Shown here: positions 62,719 through 64,000 of the stretch, piece by piece
Layout of the letters: each line of letters begins with the position of its first letter
Position numbering within the stretch: position 1 is the first letter of the stretch
Source of the DNA: Bacillales bacterium UBA784
Lineage (GTDB): Bacteria; Bacillota_I; Bacilli_A; RFN20; CAG-288
DNA: 64,000 nt
Assembly: GCA_002297045.1 (NCBI GenBank)
Contig: DBJE01000003.1
Span: 65,537 to 129,536, forward strand
Direction: 5' to 3'
Translations under genes and position numbers: made by a program
Notes under the pieces: model-generated
What the model was told of the DNA's origin: nothing
The model's database searches: none
The model's input: the letters and a program-made list of their open reading frames with translations, nothing else

Positions 62719-64000
62719 TTATTTTCTTTCGACTACTTTGATGGTGCTGTCTTTGGTGTCCTTGAGGATCTGTCCCTTCTCCTTCCTATAGAAGCTGATC
62801 CTCTTCAAGGTCTCTTTGTTTACCCTTTCCCCAGGGAGGATTATCGGAATTCCCGGAGGATAGGCCCTGATGGTCTCTTCCGAGATTTCACCGACGGCAT
62901 CCTTGAGGGAAACAACCTTGCAGGGTGCATCGTAGGCTGCTCTTGGTGCCCTTACCCTTGTCGGATAGGAGAATCGGTAGCGAAGGACGGATATCTTCTT
63001 TCCATCCCTGTAATGCTCCTTGGAAAGACGTTTAAAGGCATCGATCAGTCTATCCACGTGTTCTTTTGTGGTGCCAGGACCGACAATAGCCAGGACGACC
63101 GACACTTCCCCAAGCTCAAGCTGGATATTGGATTCTTTCCGGATTTCCTTGAAGACGTCATAGCCGAACCTGTTTAATCCCCGGACATCAATGACAAGCT
63201 TAGTCAGATCCACATCGTGTACGCCGGTGTTGTTCTTTTCCTTGACGTATTCCTTGCCAAAGACTTTGATTCCAGGAATTTGATTCAGTTCCTTCCGGGC
63301 ATATTTTGCAAGGGAAAGACAGTTTTCGATGATTTCCTCTCCGTGGAGGGCCCTTTCCTTTCTTGCGGCATCCAGACTACACAGGAAAGGATGGTAGGGG
63401 GAGGTGGAAGAAAGCCTGGCAAAGGCTCTCTTCACTTCCCTGAAGTCGACCATCTTCCCTTTTGTCAGGAGCAGGGAGGTCTGGGTCAGGGAGCCGGAGT
63501 TCTTATGCCTGCTCCTTGCCGTGATGTCGGCATTGCAGGCCATGGCCGAGCTAGGAAGCTTAGAGGAAAAGTAGAAGTTTGAACCATGGGCTTCGTCGCA
63601 CCTGACAATCCTATTCCGGCTATGGGCTTCCTTGACGATGTCCTTTAAATCGCTTACTACTCCAAAATAGGTCGGATTGATGACGAAAACGGCTTTGGCG
63701 TCTCTGTTCTCGTCCCTCGCCTTGATGACGTCTTCCTTTCTCCTTCCGCAGGCTATGCCAAGGTCTTCGTCGATATAAGGATTGACGAAAACAGGAACGG
63801 CCCCGGAAAGAATAAGGCCGTTCACGATGGATTTATGGATGTTCCGCGGCCTGATGATCTTGTCTTTTGCACAGAGGCAGGCAAGCATCCTTGTAAGGAT
63901 GGCACCTGTCGTACCATTCACGGAAAACAGACAATGATCCGCATGACAGGCTTTGGCAGCAAGCTCTTCAGCCTGTTTGATCACACCGGTGGAATGATAA
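62719..64000 (-). CDS. Orn/Lys/Arg decarboxylase family PLP enzyme (5' end outside the window)
   Basis: Fold-I decarboxylase. PLP-Lys motif S-AGG-HKNSGSLTQTS. The frame stays open through 64000 (the track M at 63984 is an internal GTG). Confidence 0.85.
   Translation of the reverse strand, partial: YHSTGVIKQAEELAAKACHADHCLFSVNGTTGAILTRMLACLCAKDKIIRPRNIHKSIVNGLILSGAVPVFVNPYIDEDLGIACGRRKEDVIKARDENRDAKAVFVINPTYFGVVSDLKDIVKEAHSRNRIVRCDEAHGSNFYFSSKLPSSAMACNADITARSRHKNSGSLTQTSLLLTKGKMVDFREVKRAFARLSSTSPYHPFLCSLDAARKERALHGEEIIENCLSLAKYARKELNQIPGIKVFGKEYVKEKNNTGVHDVDLTKLVIDVRGLNRFGYDVFKEIRKESNIQLELGEVSVVLAIVGPGTTKEHVDRLIDAFKRLSKEHYRDGKKISVLRYRFSYPTRVRAPRAAYDAPCKVVSLKDAVGEISEETIRAYPPGIPIILPGERVNKETLKRISFYRKEKGQILKDTKDSTIKVVERK

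Noticed and set aside
1-64000. Tested TGA-to-Trp (code 4), given the Mollicutes-like gene content.
   Set aside because: TGA closes several well-defined genes, often in ATGA or GTGA stop/start overlaps (1909..1912, 17646..17649, 18352..18355, 43805..43808). Conserved Trp positions checked (for example WTAE in the glycosylase at 2311..2313 and RVxWD in ohyA) use TGG.

Overview
64 kb chromosomal window from a low-GC, reduced-genome Firmicute (Bacilli/Mollicutes-like), with about 60 genes. No BLAST/HMM/Infernal search was possible: functional calls rest on motifs read by eye and consensus motifs recalled from memory. Several starts were re-picked by RBS position, and CDS coordinates include the stop codon, as in the ORF track.

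**Native genes.**
- Translation and RNA modification: rpsF-ssb-rpsR, infC-rpmI-rplT, hpf, initiator tRNA, thiI, an m5C RNA methyltransferase, TrmH.
- DNA repair: addAB, an AlkA-like glycosylase, an SRAP peptidase, a Y-family polymerase with YolD.
- Transport: potABCD, two tandem mgtE, a heterodimeric ABC exporter, a CPA2 antiporter.
- Other: oleate hydratase with TetR and DegV, rubrerythrin, Hsp33, PepF, ezrA.

**Headline: the window is not written in the standard code.** Native genes are almost devoid of internal ATG. AGG sits at positions where conserved families carry invariant Met (MPK-AGG-K in L35, D-AGG-DGT in HAD, RAS-AGG-G in TrmH, GGRE-AGG in oleate hydratase, and others). AGG is therefore read as Met, and the supplied ORF track prints those codons as R. 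This matches the AGG-to-Met reassignment reported for an uncultivated gut Bacilli clade (Enterosoma; Shulgina & Eddy 2021).

**Second theme: a roughly 10 kb accessory defence island (about 31.7-41.9 kb).** Its genes use ordinary ATG-Met. It carries:
- an HTH-controlled restriction-modification-like operon: a GIY-YIG/SF2-helicase/Tudor-tail Res, an Eco57I-type m6A methyltransferase, and a truncated methyltransferase-like protein;
- a DUF2075 (Schlafen/Nhi-like) nuclease-ATPase;
- two unknown genes behind a G10 tract in a promoter spacer;
- a 433-bp GC-rich element closed by perfect 18-bp inverted repeats;
- 12-bp iteron-like repeats.

**Also noted:** a relB/dinJ-yafQ cassette flanked by 28-bp direct repeats, with the toxin frameshifted in an A7 run.
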